From contig NC_009483.1 of NCBI RefSeq assembly GCF_000016745.1, positions 1,350,001 through 1,382,000 of the forward strand: a stretch of 32,000 nucleotides of DNA, written 5' to 3'. The stretch is from Geotalea uraniireducens Rf4 (GTDB lineage: Bacteria; Desulfobacterota; Desulfuromonadia; Geobacterales; Geobacteraceae). Under the pieces are notes generated by a model. It made no database searches. It was not told where the DNA came from and saw nothing but the letters and a program-made list of their open reading frames with translations. Below, piece by piece: positions 1 through 7,047 of this stretch. Each line of letters starts with the position of its first letter. The first letter of the stretch is position 1. Both the position numbers and the translations under genes were made by a program.

Positions 1-960
1 AGCCGGGAGAGCAGGGAGCTCGTCGCCCGCTTCGTCCGGTCGGGCTATTTCGACGTTACGGAGTACGTAAGCAGTGACCGGCGGGTGCGGGAACTGGTGG
101 ACCGTGGGAATGTGAAGGCTGTGCTCCGGATGAACAGCGGGTTTGCACGGACTCTTGCTGCGGAAAGGTCTGCGCCGGTGCAATTGGTCCTCGACGGCAC
201 CGATTCCAATACCGCTGCCATCGTTCTCAGCCATGCGGGGCGGATAGCCGCCCGTTATACAGAGGACCTCCAGGCGGAGCAGGTGGCCGGAATGATTGGC
301 CGGCAGCCGCGTCTCGGCGGGGTGCGGCTCGAGAGCCGTGCCTGGTTCAACGACAACCTGGAGAGCCGCAACTTCTACGTGCCGGCGGTGATCACCAACA
401 TCGTCTTCATCATCACCATGCTCCTTTCGAGCATGGCGGTGGTGCGGGAGAAGGAGATCGGCACCATGGAGCAGATCATCGTTACCCCGATCACGAAGAG
501 CGAGTTCATTCTCGGCAAGACGATCCCCTTTGTCCTGATCGGCTTCATCGACGTGGGACTTATTTCCGCTGTGGCCGCCTTCTGGTTCCAGGTCCCGATG
601 CGGGGGAGCATCCCGCTCCTGTTCGGCGCCACGGCATTATTCCTCATGAGCTCCCTCGGCATCGGCCTGCTCATCTCGACGGTGAGCCGCACCCAGCAGC
701 AGGCGATGATGAGCGCCTTCTTCGTCATCTTTCCAGCCATGCTCCTGTCCGGTTTTGCCTTTCCCATCGAAAACATGCCGCCGGCGGTCCAGTGGCTCAC
801 CTACCTGAATCCGATCCGTTATTTCCTCGTCATCATCCGTGGGATTTTTCTCAAAGGGGTTGGTGTTGATATCCTTTGGCCGCAATTATCGGCCCTTGCC
901 ATTCTTGGAAGCATTATCCTCTTCTTTGCCGTGCAGCGTTTCCACAAGACCTTAAGCTAA
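1..960 (+). CDS. ABC-2 type transporter permease (YbhR/YbhS-like), 5'-truncated by the window edge
   Basis: Frame 1 is open from nt 1 to the TAA at 958-960, so the true start lies upstream; the ORF-track start at 85 is only the first in-window start codon. The translation has multiple hydrophobic TM segments and the ABC-2-type motif EKEIGTMEQIIVTPI. Confidence 0.85.
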   Translation, partial: SRESRELVARFVRSGYFDVTEYVSSDRRVRELVDRGNVKAVLRMNSGFARTLAAERSAPVQLVLDGTDSNTAAIVLSHAGRIAARYTEDLQAEQVAGMIGRQPRLGGVRLESRAWFNDNLESRNFYVPAVITNIVFIITMLLSSMAVVREKEIGTMEQIIVTPITKSEFILGKTIPFVLIGFIDVGLISAVAAFWFQVPMRGSIPLLFGATALFLMSSLGIGLLISTVSRTQQQAMMSAFFVIFPAMLLSGFAFPIENMPPAVQWLTYLNPIRYFLVIIRGIFLKGVGVDILWPQLSALAILGSIILFFAVQRFHKTLS

Positions 961-1084
961 CCGTCACGCCTGTCAACGCACTCTCCATGTCATCTTTTTC
1001 CGTTCGTAACGGAATATGTCCGCTTCAAAATAGATAGCGCTGTTAAATCAAAATGTTAGCATTGATTTTGTTTGTTCGTGTTGT

Positions 1085-1112
1085 TTGCGAATAATTTGCA
1101 GTATGCTACAAT
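1085..1112 (+). promoter_or_regulatory. Candidate sigma-70 promoter for the sigma-54 activator gene
   Basis: TTGCGA (1085-1090), 16-nt spacer, TACAAT (1107-1112), preceded by TGc (extended -10 like). It lies about 45 nt upstream of the ATG at 1156. Motif match only. Confidence 0.35.
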
Positions 1113-1155
1113 GGTTTAATAAAAATAGCCTAATGTTTTGTGACGGAGAAAACCT

Positions 1156-2622
1156 ATGCCGCGGCTAAGTCCAAGAATCATTGCTACCGTTCCTGCAACG
1201 CTCGACACGCCATCTTCAAAAATCGAGATGGTAATTACCGACCTCGGCCTGAACGGCGCTTATCTCAGGGCGCACTCTCCCTTCCCCGGCAAGAAACTGG
1301 GCGTGGATACCCCGGTTTTGCTGCAATATAACCTCTTCGGGAAAGGACTTTTTGAGCATCGTGGAAATATAATAAGGAAGGATAACGCCGGTTATGCCGT
1401 GAATTTTCCCGGGCTCGATTTTGCCACAAAACGCAAGCTTTGGGAGTTTATCGTCGACAATCTGTCCGATGTGCACGAGTGCCCATTTTGCGGCGAGAGT
1501 TACATCACGATGCCGACCACATGCAAAAGATGCGGCTGGGAACTCAATTTCAACCCTCCGGAGTATTTCAACTACTATGAAAAGAACTGCACGATCAAGA
1601 AATTGCATGAAAGACTGTCCGGCCTGGATATAGAGCAGTTACAGAAAATCGTCAATTTTATCGACATCGATATTGCAAAGGTTATGGGGAGTGAGGAAAT
1701 TCAGGAATTTGTCGGCACAGGCAACGCCATGCTGGAAGTGTTCGCCAATATCAGGAAGGTGGCTCCTACCGACCTCACCGTCTTGGTCCTGGGAGAAAGC
1801 GGCACCGGCAAGGAACTGACAGCCCAGGCAATTCACGATCGGAGTACTCGCAAGGACAAACCCTTCGTAGCGATAAACTGTGCTGCAATTCCGGACAATC
1901 TCCTCGAAGCGGAACTTTTCGGCTATGAAAAGGGGGCGTTTACCGGGGCGCACATCAGCAAAAAGGGGAAATTTGAATTTGCGGACAACGGGACCATTTT
2001 CCTGGATGAGATCGGCGATATGCCTCCCAATCTCCAGGCGAAACTGTTGCGGTTTCTCCAGGACAAGATTGTGGAGAGGATCGGCACCGTCGGCGGGAAG
2101 AAGGTCAATGTGCGGCTTATTGCCGCCACCAACCGTGATCTTGATGCCGCGATTGCCGAGGGGAAGTTCCGAAGTGACCTTTATTACAGGTTGGATGAGT
2201 TTACCATTAATCTTCCCCCGGTCCGGGAACGGGGGGAAGATACGGTAATCCTTGCCAAGTACTTCCTGAACAAGTTTTCCAGGGAAGTCGGCTTGACGAA
2301 GACCTTTACCAAAGATGCTGCCGACGCTATCCGCAATTACGACTGGCCGGGGAATGTCAGGGAGATAATCAACAAGGTGAGAAGGGCGATAGTTATGGCC
2401 GGCGGCAAAACCGTCACTCCCGTGGATTTGCTTCTGGACGTGGCAAAGATGGATGTTGGAGCGGAAAATAATCAGCTGAGCGATGCGTTGGCCCAAATTG
2501 AAAGGGCGAAGATCAAAGAAGTTCTCAAAGGCTGCAGCCATAACCTTTCCAATGCTGCCAGGATGCTGGGGATAAGCCGTCCCACCCTGTACCGTCGCAT
2601 GAAGATTTATGGCATCGATTAG
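1156..2622 (+). CDS. Sigma-54-dependent transcriptional activator (bEBP) with an N-terminal PilZ-like domain and a CxxC...CxxC zinc ribbon; no receiver domain
   Basis: AAA+ sigma-54 interaction domain: Walker A GESGTGKE, the GAFTGA loop (EKGAFTGA), IFLDEIGDM, RLIAATNRDL. C-terminal Fis-type HTH: NAARMLGISRPTLYRRMKIYGI. The N-terminus has RLSPR (RxxxR) followed 22 aa later by DLGLNG (DxSxxG with S to G), a PilZ signature. Zinc ribbon: CPFCGESYITMPTTCKRCG. Confidence 0.9.
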   Translation: MPRLSPRIIATVPATLDTPSSKIEMVITDLGLNGAYLRAHSPFPGKKLGVDTPVLLQYNLFGKGLFEHRGNIIRKDNAGYAVNFPGLDFATKRKLWEFIVDNLSDVHECPFCGESYITMPTTCKRCGWELNFNPPEYFNYYEKNCTIKKLHERLSGLDIEQLQKIVNFIDIDIAKVMGSEEIQEFVGTGNAMLEVFANIRKVAPTDLTVLVLGESGTGKELTAQAIHDRSTRKDKPFVAINCAAIPDNLLEAELFGYEKGAFTGAHISKKGKFEFADNGTIFLDEIGDMPPNLQAKLLRFLQDKIVERIGTVGGKKVNVRLIAATNRDLDAAIAEGKFRSDLYYRLDEFTINLPPVRERGEDTVILAKYFLNKFSREVGLTKTFTKDAADAIRNYDWPGNVREIINKVRRAIVMAGGKTVTPVDLLLDVAKMDVGAENNQLSDALAQIERAKIKEVLKGCSHNLSNAARMLGISRPTLYRRMKIYGID

Positions 2623-2629
2623 GCGTCAT

Positions 2630-2671
2630 GGGAAGAGTGAACTGTATCAGACTTTTACAGTCACTCTTCCC
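2630..2671 (+). terminator. Strong hairpin immediately after the activator stop codon (terminator-like, no clear T tract; may also hold an activator binding site)
   Basis: GGGAAGAGTGA(A)CTGTA, loop, TACAGTCACTCTTCCC: a 16-bp stem with one bulged A, starting 8 nt after the stop at 2620-2622. Confidence 0.4.
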
Positions 2672-2852
2672 TGAAAATTACAATAACCCATTGAAAACAC
2701 AAAGTAACCTCCCTGTTCCCTCCCAATTCGACCGGCTGTAAATTACACTTTTTTAACAATTTTTACAAAATATTTGCCGCATCGTCGGGCTAATGATGGG
2801 TAAAAAAAATAAATTTCAACAATATCGCTATGTTACGAATGGTTGCGGTAAG

Positions 2853-2867
2853 TGGCACAGCAATTGC
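2853..2867 (+). promoter_or_regulatory. Sigma-54 (RpoN) -24/-12 promoter
   Basis: TGGCAC (2853-2858), agcaa, TTGC (2864-2867) is an exact match to the TGGCAC-N5-TTGC core. It lies about 60 nt upstream of the ATG at 2927 and about 230 nt downstream of a sigma-54 activator gene. Confidence 0.8.
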
Positions 2868-2926
2868 CTTATAAGGGTAGAGCATGGCATTGTGCCTTGC
2901 CAAAATCTTTGTAAGGAGGAATTGTT

Positions 2927-3958
2927 ATGAAAACGAGAGAAAAGAGAATAATTGTTTCATTGGCCCTTGCCCTTGCTTTAGGACTCGGAACTCAAGCCTT
3001 CGCGCTGGATGAGGTCGAGGTAACTGGTAACGATCTTGTCGGCGCAGTGGACGGGGGGACCTCCGCCAATGACGATGCCACCGCCGTCGGGCAGAATTCA
3101 CTGAACGATAATACTGTCATCGGAGAAATTGAGGTAGACAAGTCGACCGAGACTGCCACCCAGAACGGCAGCGAGAACGAGGCGGAAGATGGGAGCGCGG
3201 CGGCCAACAACAGCTCTATTGCTGTCGGCGAGATTGAATTGGACAAGTCGACCAATGACAGCAACAACAACAACTCCAACCAGGACAACAGCTTAGGTAA
3301 AACGCAGGTTGCAGTGGAAGTGGAAGACAGTTTCAACGACAGTTCCGACAACTCCAACCAGGACAATATCACAGATTCATTTAACGACAAGGCCGAAGCT
3401 GAAGGTGACGGCATATCGCTGGTCGATTCCGAAGAAGTGATCGTTACCAAAGATTCCTTCAACGGCAATATAGGTGAGGTTGAGGGCGGAAGCGTTGCAG
3501 CGACGAATGGTGGGACCGCTACCATGACCGACAGCTACAACGAAGACGAGAGCATCAATGCAACAGCCGACAGAGGTGGCATTGCGGTCAATTCTGACGA
3601 GGAAGTCGAAATAGAAGTCGCCGAAGATTCTTTCAACAACAAAGCGGAAGAGGGGAGCGTAGCGATTTACGGCGATAATGAAGACGATATCGAAATCGCA
3701 TCCCACAACACCATCAACAGCGACAATGAAACCACTACAGTCACGGTGGGTAATGTAGTCATCGAAGTTGCTTCAAGCGTTCTGGCTGGTGAGGTTACCG
3801 CCAACACGTTAGTCGCTACTCCTACTCTCGACTTAATTACCGGCGAAAACGAAATAGACGGCGCCTCTGTGAACACGGCCGGTATCTCGGTGATATCGCA
3901 GAACAGCGGTATTCAGTCCCAGGTGCAGCAGGCTGTAACGGTTCAGTATAACCAATAG
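2927..3958 (+). CDS. Secreted, highly acidic low-complexity repeat protein (343 aa) with a C-terminal QNSG-motif domain; family unknown
   Basis: RBS AAGGAGG about 7 nt upstream. Sec signal peptide MKTREKRIIVSLALALALGLGTQAFA. The body is D/E/N/S-rich with GEIE(V/L)DKST x2 and DSFN/DSYN x5, and has no Cys or Trp. C-terminus: ...ITGENEIDGASVNTAGISVISQNSGIQSQVQQAVTVQYNQ. Confidence 0.8.
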   Translation: MKTREKRIIVSLALALALGLGTQAFALDEVEVTGNDLVGAVDGGTSANDDATAVGQNSLNDNTVIGEIEVDKSTETATQNGSENEAEDGSAAANNSSIAVGEIELDKSTNDSNNNNSNQDNSLGKTQVAVEVEDSFNDSSDNSNQDNITDSFNDKAEAEGDGISLVDSEEVIVTKDSFNGNIGEVEGGSVAATNGGTATMTDSYNEDESINATADRGGIAVNSDEEVEIEVAEDSFNNKAEEGSVAIYGDNEDDIEIASHNTINSDNETTTVTVGNVVIEVASSVLAGEVTANTLVATPTLDLITGENEIDGASVNTAGISVISQNSGIQSQVQQAVTVQYNQ

Positions 3959-3975
3959 TCAGCTGTCAGTATTTG

Positions 3976-4015
3976 CCCGGTGGCGCGCAATAAGGCCGTC
4001 ACCGGGAGCATTTTT
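3976..4015 (+). terminator. Possible intercistronic attenuator/partial terminator after the first secreted-protein gene
   Basis: CCCGGTG (3976-3982) pairs with CACCGGG (4000-4006), followed by agcaTTTTT (4011-4015). Modest stem with a large loop. Confidence 0.3.
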
Positions 4016-4066
4016 AACCGAAGCCTGAAAATCCTGGAGCAACACATAATAACAGGAGGCAGGGAA

Positions 4067-4471
4067 ATGCGAAGATCAACTAAATCTCTGATTGCCGCAC
4101 TGGTTTTTTCCGGCAGCGCTTTTCTGGCGCAGGGTTCTTCGGCAAATGAGATCGATCTGGCTTCGGCCGGGCAGATGGATGCATTAAACGAGTCCGGATT
4201 GGGGCAAGCGGTATCTAACGAGAACCTGGGAACGCTAACCGGTCGCGAGGATGTGAATATCAACCAATTGGACATGCAGATAAGCACCTCGGACCAGAAA
4301 GCCCAAGCGAACGGTAACAGCCTTAGTAACTATGGCACAATCGCCAACGGCGCCAACACCCTCGGCGGGAATGCCTTTTCTCAATCCACCGGGATAGTTA
4401 CCGTGATTCAGAACTCGGGCAATCAGGTCCTCATTCAGAACGATATGATCCTGAATTTAACGGTAAAATAA
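4067..4471 (+). CDS. Small secreted protein (134 aa) with a C-terminal QNSG-motif domain; family unknown
   Basis: AGGAGG at 4054-4059, 7 nt before the ATG at 4067; the ORF-track start at 3980 lacks these signals. Signal peptide MRRSTKSLIAALVFSGSAFLAQGSSA. C-terminus: GANTLGGNAFSQSTGIVTVIQNSGNQVLIQNDMILNLTVK. Confidence 0.75.
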   Translation: MRRSTKSLIAALVFSGSAFLAQGSSANEIDLASAGQMDALNESGLGQAVSNENLGTLTGREDVNINQLDMQISTSDQKAQANGNSLSNYGTIANGANTLGGNAFSQSTGIVTVIQNSGNQVLIQNDMILNLTVK

Positions 4472-4472
4472 G

Positions 4473-5183
4473 ATGGATGCCATGAAATGGTTTCTGATAA
4501 AACTTAGTAAACTTCTTGTTTTTTCAGCTTTTCTGTCAGCGACGTCGCCGGCTCAGGCGGGTACCGTAATTGTGCCCGGTGTGTCCGGCGGCGGTTTTAT
4601 GGTTAAGGTGACGAGCTTGAAGGAAGCGCGCTTCCGTTCCACGATTCTCCAGCAATACGATTTCAGTTGCGGCTCCGCGGCGCTGGCCACCCTGTTGACC
4701 TACCACTATGAGGACAAAGTCAGTGAACAGGATGTATTCAAGTTCATGTTCGACACGGGAGACCAGGAGAAGATTCGCAAAAACGGCTTTTCGCTGCTTG
4801 ATATGAAGAATTACCTTGAGGCCAACGGCTACAGGGCTGCCGGCTACCAAATTACCCTTGACAAGCTGGCGGAGATTGGCGTGCCTGCCATTGTTCTGAT
4901 CAACATCAAGGGCTATAAGCATTTTGTGGTGGTCAAGGGGATTTCGGCGAAAATGGTGTTGTTGTCAGACCCGGCTGCGGGTGCCAGAACCATTCCGCGT
5001 GCCGAGTTCGAGTCTATGTGGAATGGGCTCATATTTATAATATTAAACAAAAAGAACGTAGCAAAAAACCACTTCAACCGCGACCAGGAATGGCACGTCA
5101 AAGAAAAGGCTCCTTTGGGATTGGCTTTAAATGCCAGAGAGCTGGCCAATGTGACCTTGATGCTGCCGGGGGTATTACGATGA
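4473..5183 (+). CDS. Periplasmic C39-family (bacteriocin-processing type) cysteine peptidase-like protein, standalone with its own signal peptide
   Basis: The start ATG is 1 nt after the upstream stop. Signal peptide ...LVFSAFLSATSPAQA. C39 signature order Q...C...H...D: LQQYDFSCGSAALATLLTYHY (Cys), GYKHFVVVKG (His), VLLSDPAAG (Asp). There is no ABC transporter domain. Confidence 0.85.
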   Translation: MDAMKWFLIKLSKLLVFSAFLSATSPAQAGTVIVPGVSGGGFMVKVTSLKEARFRSTILQQYDFSCGSAALATLLTYHYEDKVSEQDVFKFMFDTGDQEKIRKNGFSLLDMKNYLEANGYRAAGYQITLDKLAEIGVPAIVLINIKGYKHFVVVKGISAKMVLLSDPAAGARTIPRAEFESMWNGLIFIILNKKNVAKNHFNRDQEWHVKEKAPLGLALNARELANVTLMLPGVLR

Positions 5184-5695
5184 AAACAGCAATGAATAAA
5201 CATGTGTTGAGAGCCGTCCTGTTAATGGCAACAGTTATGGCGGCAAGTCATTCGGCTTATGCGGATTCAGTTGCATGCGGCGATTGCAGTTTCGTCACGG
5301 ACCTGGAGCTGGAAAATATTCGCGGGGGATTTGTTTCCGGCGACGGGCTGGAGATTACCTTCGGCATCGAAAAGACAGTTTTTGTCAACGGCGTGCTGCA
5401 GGCAATCAACACCTTGAATATGCAGAAGTGGGGCTCAGAGCAGAGTCAGACTTTGTCTGACCAGGTTCTTTCCAATATGGCGATCTTGCGTCAGAACGGC
5501 GACAACAACAGTATTGTGCCGAATTTAGTCGCCAACTCGCAAGGAGGGTTTTTTACGTATATCCAGAACAGCGTGGATAACACGGTCATTAAAAACGTAA
5601 CCCAGATCAATGCCACCGTAAATGCCCTCAATATGTTCCGCGATATGAACCTGAAGTCAATGATGAATCAACAGTTGCTCAATGCGATGAAGTAA
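5180..5695 (+). CDS. Small secreted protein (171 aa) with a double-glycine-leader-like propeptide and a degenerate QNS motif; family unknown
   Basis: The ATG at 5180 overlaps the peptidase stop (ATGA). Signal peptide MKTAMNKHVLRAVLLMATVMAASHSAYA, then DSVACGDCSFVTDLELENIRGG/FVSGDG. Later motif: GGFFTYIQNSVDNTVIKNVTQINATV. The ORF-track start at 5018 lies inside the peptidase gene and was rejected. Confidence 0.75.
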   Translation: MKTAMNKHVLRAVLLMATVMAASHSAYADSVACGDCSFVTDLELENIRGGFVSGDGLEITFGIEKTVFVNGVLQAINTLNMQKWGSEQSQTLSDQVLSNMAILRQNGDNNSIVPNLVANSQGGFFTYIQNSVDNTVIKNVTQINATVNALNMFRDMNLKSMMNQQLLNAMK

Positions 5696-5716
5696 TCGTA
5701 ACGACAGTAGGCGGGT

Positions 5717-5762
5717 AAAAAAATCCGTCAGTTCCCAAAACAGGGATCTGACGGATTTTTTT
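5717..5762. terminator. Bidirectional Rho-independent terminator between convergent genes
   Basis: AAAAAAA-ATCCGTCAGtTCCC, loop aaaaca, GGGAtCTGACGGAT-TTTTTTT: a 13-bp stem with one mismatch, an A-run on one side and a T-run on the other. Confidence 0.8.
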
Positions 5763-5785
5763 GTGAAGTTCGACAGGCTCATGAT

Positions 5786-6997
5786 CTATTTGCCGCCCAG
5801 CAGGAAACTGGTCGGTATCCGCACCGTCAATTGCACATTGGGGGAGGTTGGCGTAAGCCCCGCCCCGAGAGAAAAGTTGATGGCTGTTTTGTCGGTCAGC
5901 TTGTAAGAACAGCCAAGCAGGAGGCTACCTACCTGGGTGATGGTCGAACCGGCTATTTCATGTCCGTTCTGTTTCGCTTTGCCGAGGATGATATGGTCGT
6001 AGCCGATGCTGAAAGAGGCTTTTTCGTTGAGCGCTACGCCGATACCGAAGTTGAAGCCGATGGTGTCGCCCGGGTCCAGTTTACCCTGACCGGAGATTTC
6101 GCGATCCATATTCCACATATAGCTAAGCGTGCCGAAAAAGACTGCCGGATCTGAGGCCCAAATTGCGGTTATGCCGGGCTGGATGGCCCAGAAGCCCGAT
6201 CCGGTGGGGAGTTCGGTCTGCAACGGCACCCCTGACGGACTTGTGACAGTAGAGTCGGTAGAGACTTCAAACGGGTTTTTGCCGGTAATGGACTTGGCGC
6301 GCAGGCTGGCAATGAAAAAAGGCCCATTGCCGCCTGGTTGATTAAGCTGGAATCGAGGGCCGAATTCCACATCGCCGATGTTGTTCCCCTCGGCGTTGAA
6401 AACGGTTGGTGGGATCGTTTTGCCACTCGGATCTTTTGTCGGTTCAAACGATGTGGAATCTGCACGGTATACGTACGGGACCCTGACCTCGAATTCCAGA
6501 CGGTTGGTGATGCCGTAGCGTGCTGCGAGAGAGGCTACATAGGTGTTGCTGTTGACATTCCTGACATCGATGAGTCCGATGGTAAACGAAGGAATGATGG
6601 TGTAGCCGCTCAAGGCCACCCGGTTGGATGACGAGTTCACAAACTGGAAAGACGGTTCCAGTACAAGCGTTCCCTTTGGCGTCAATACTCCCGGCTGTTC
6701 GAAGATCGTGGCGATGTCAGGTGGCTTGCCTTCCTTGGGTTTCTCCGGCGGCTGGCCGACCGATTGGGGAGGGGGCGGTTCTTTCTTTGGATCGGATTTC
6801 TGTTGTGTCGGCGAGCTTTCATTCGGATCGGTCTTGTTCTGGTCAGACTTGTTCTGGCTCAGAGTATGAGTTTCTTCGGCACTGTGAGTTTTGTTCGTGC
6901 CGGGAGCAGAAGTTTCTTCACCGAAGGCCGGCGCGCTTGCCAACAACGCACATGCCAGGCAGACGCAGGCGACAATCTTCGATCGATGTGAAGTCAT
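5786..6997 (-). CDS. Outer-membrane beta-barrel protein (403 aa) with a long Pro/Lys/Gln/Ser-rich N-terminal linker; family not assigned (loosely reminiscent of MetA-pathway/transporter-type barrels)
   Basis: An internal ATG (6997-6995) is preceded by a GGGGGG RBS and gives the signal peptide MTSHRSKIVACVCLACALLASAPAFG. About 90 aa of low-complexity linker follow (…KSDPKKEPPPPQSVGQPPEKPKEGKPPD), then about 300 aa of alternating hydrophobic beta-strand pattern. The C-terminal residue is not aromatic. Confidence 0.7.
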   Translation of the reverse strand: MTSHRSKIVACVCLACALLASAPAFGEETSAPGTNKTHSAEETHTLSQNKSDQNKTDPNESSPTQQKSDPKKEPPPPQSVGQPPEKPKEGKPPDIATIFEQPGVLTPKGTLVLEPSFQFVNSSSNRVALSGYTIIPSFTIGLIDVRNVNSNTYVASLAARYGITNRLEFEVRVPYVYRADSTSFEPTKDPSGKTIPPTVFNAEGNNIGDVEFGPRFQLNQPGGNGPFFIASLRAKSITGKNPFEVSTDSTVTSPSGVPLQTELPTGSGFWAIQPGITAIWASDPAVFFGTLSYMWNMDREISGQGKLDPGDTIGFNFGIGVALNEKASFSIGYDHIILGKAKQNGHEIAGSTITQVGSLLLGCSYKLTDKTAINFSLGAGLTPTSPNVQLTVRIPTSFLLGGK

Positions 6998-7047
6998 GTT
7001 CCCCCCTTGACGGCATAACACATTAGCTGCATTCAATGACTGTAACA

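Noticed and set aside
998-1014. Short hairpin TTCCGTT-cgt-AACGGAA after the ABC-2 permease gene as a terminator
   Set aside because: It has only a 7-bp stem, and the T-run precedes rather than follows it on the plus strand. That is not enough to call an intrinsic terminator.
1639-2541. 300-aa minus-strand ORF antisense to the sigma-54 activator
   Set aside because: The plus-strand frame carries complete AAA+/GAFTGA/HTH motifs. The antisense ORF has no motif, RBS or independent support.
5018-5179. ORF-track N-terminal extension of the 171-aa secreted protein (start 5018) and, likewise, 3980 for the 134-aa protein, 7141 for the OM barrel, 7152 for the SpvB fragment, 25129 for the lipoprotein and 27921 for yggT
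   Set aside because: The extensions overlap upstream genes or lack an RBS. Internal ATGs are preceded by Shine-Dalgarno sequences and immediately yield canonical signal peptides, a lipobox, or the conserved family N-terminus.
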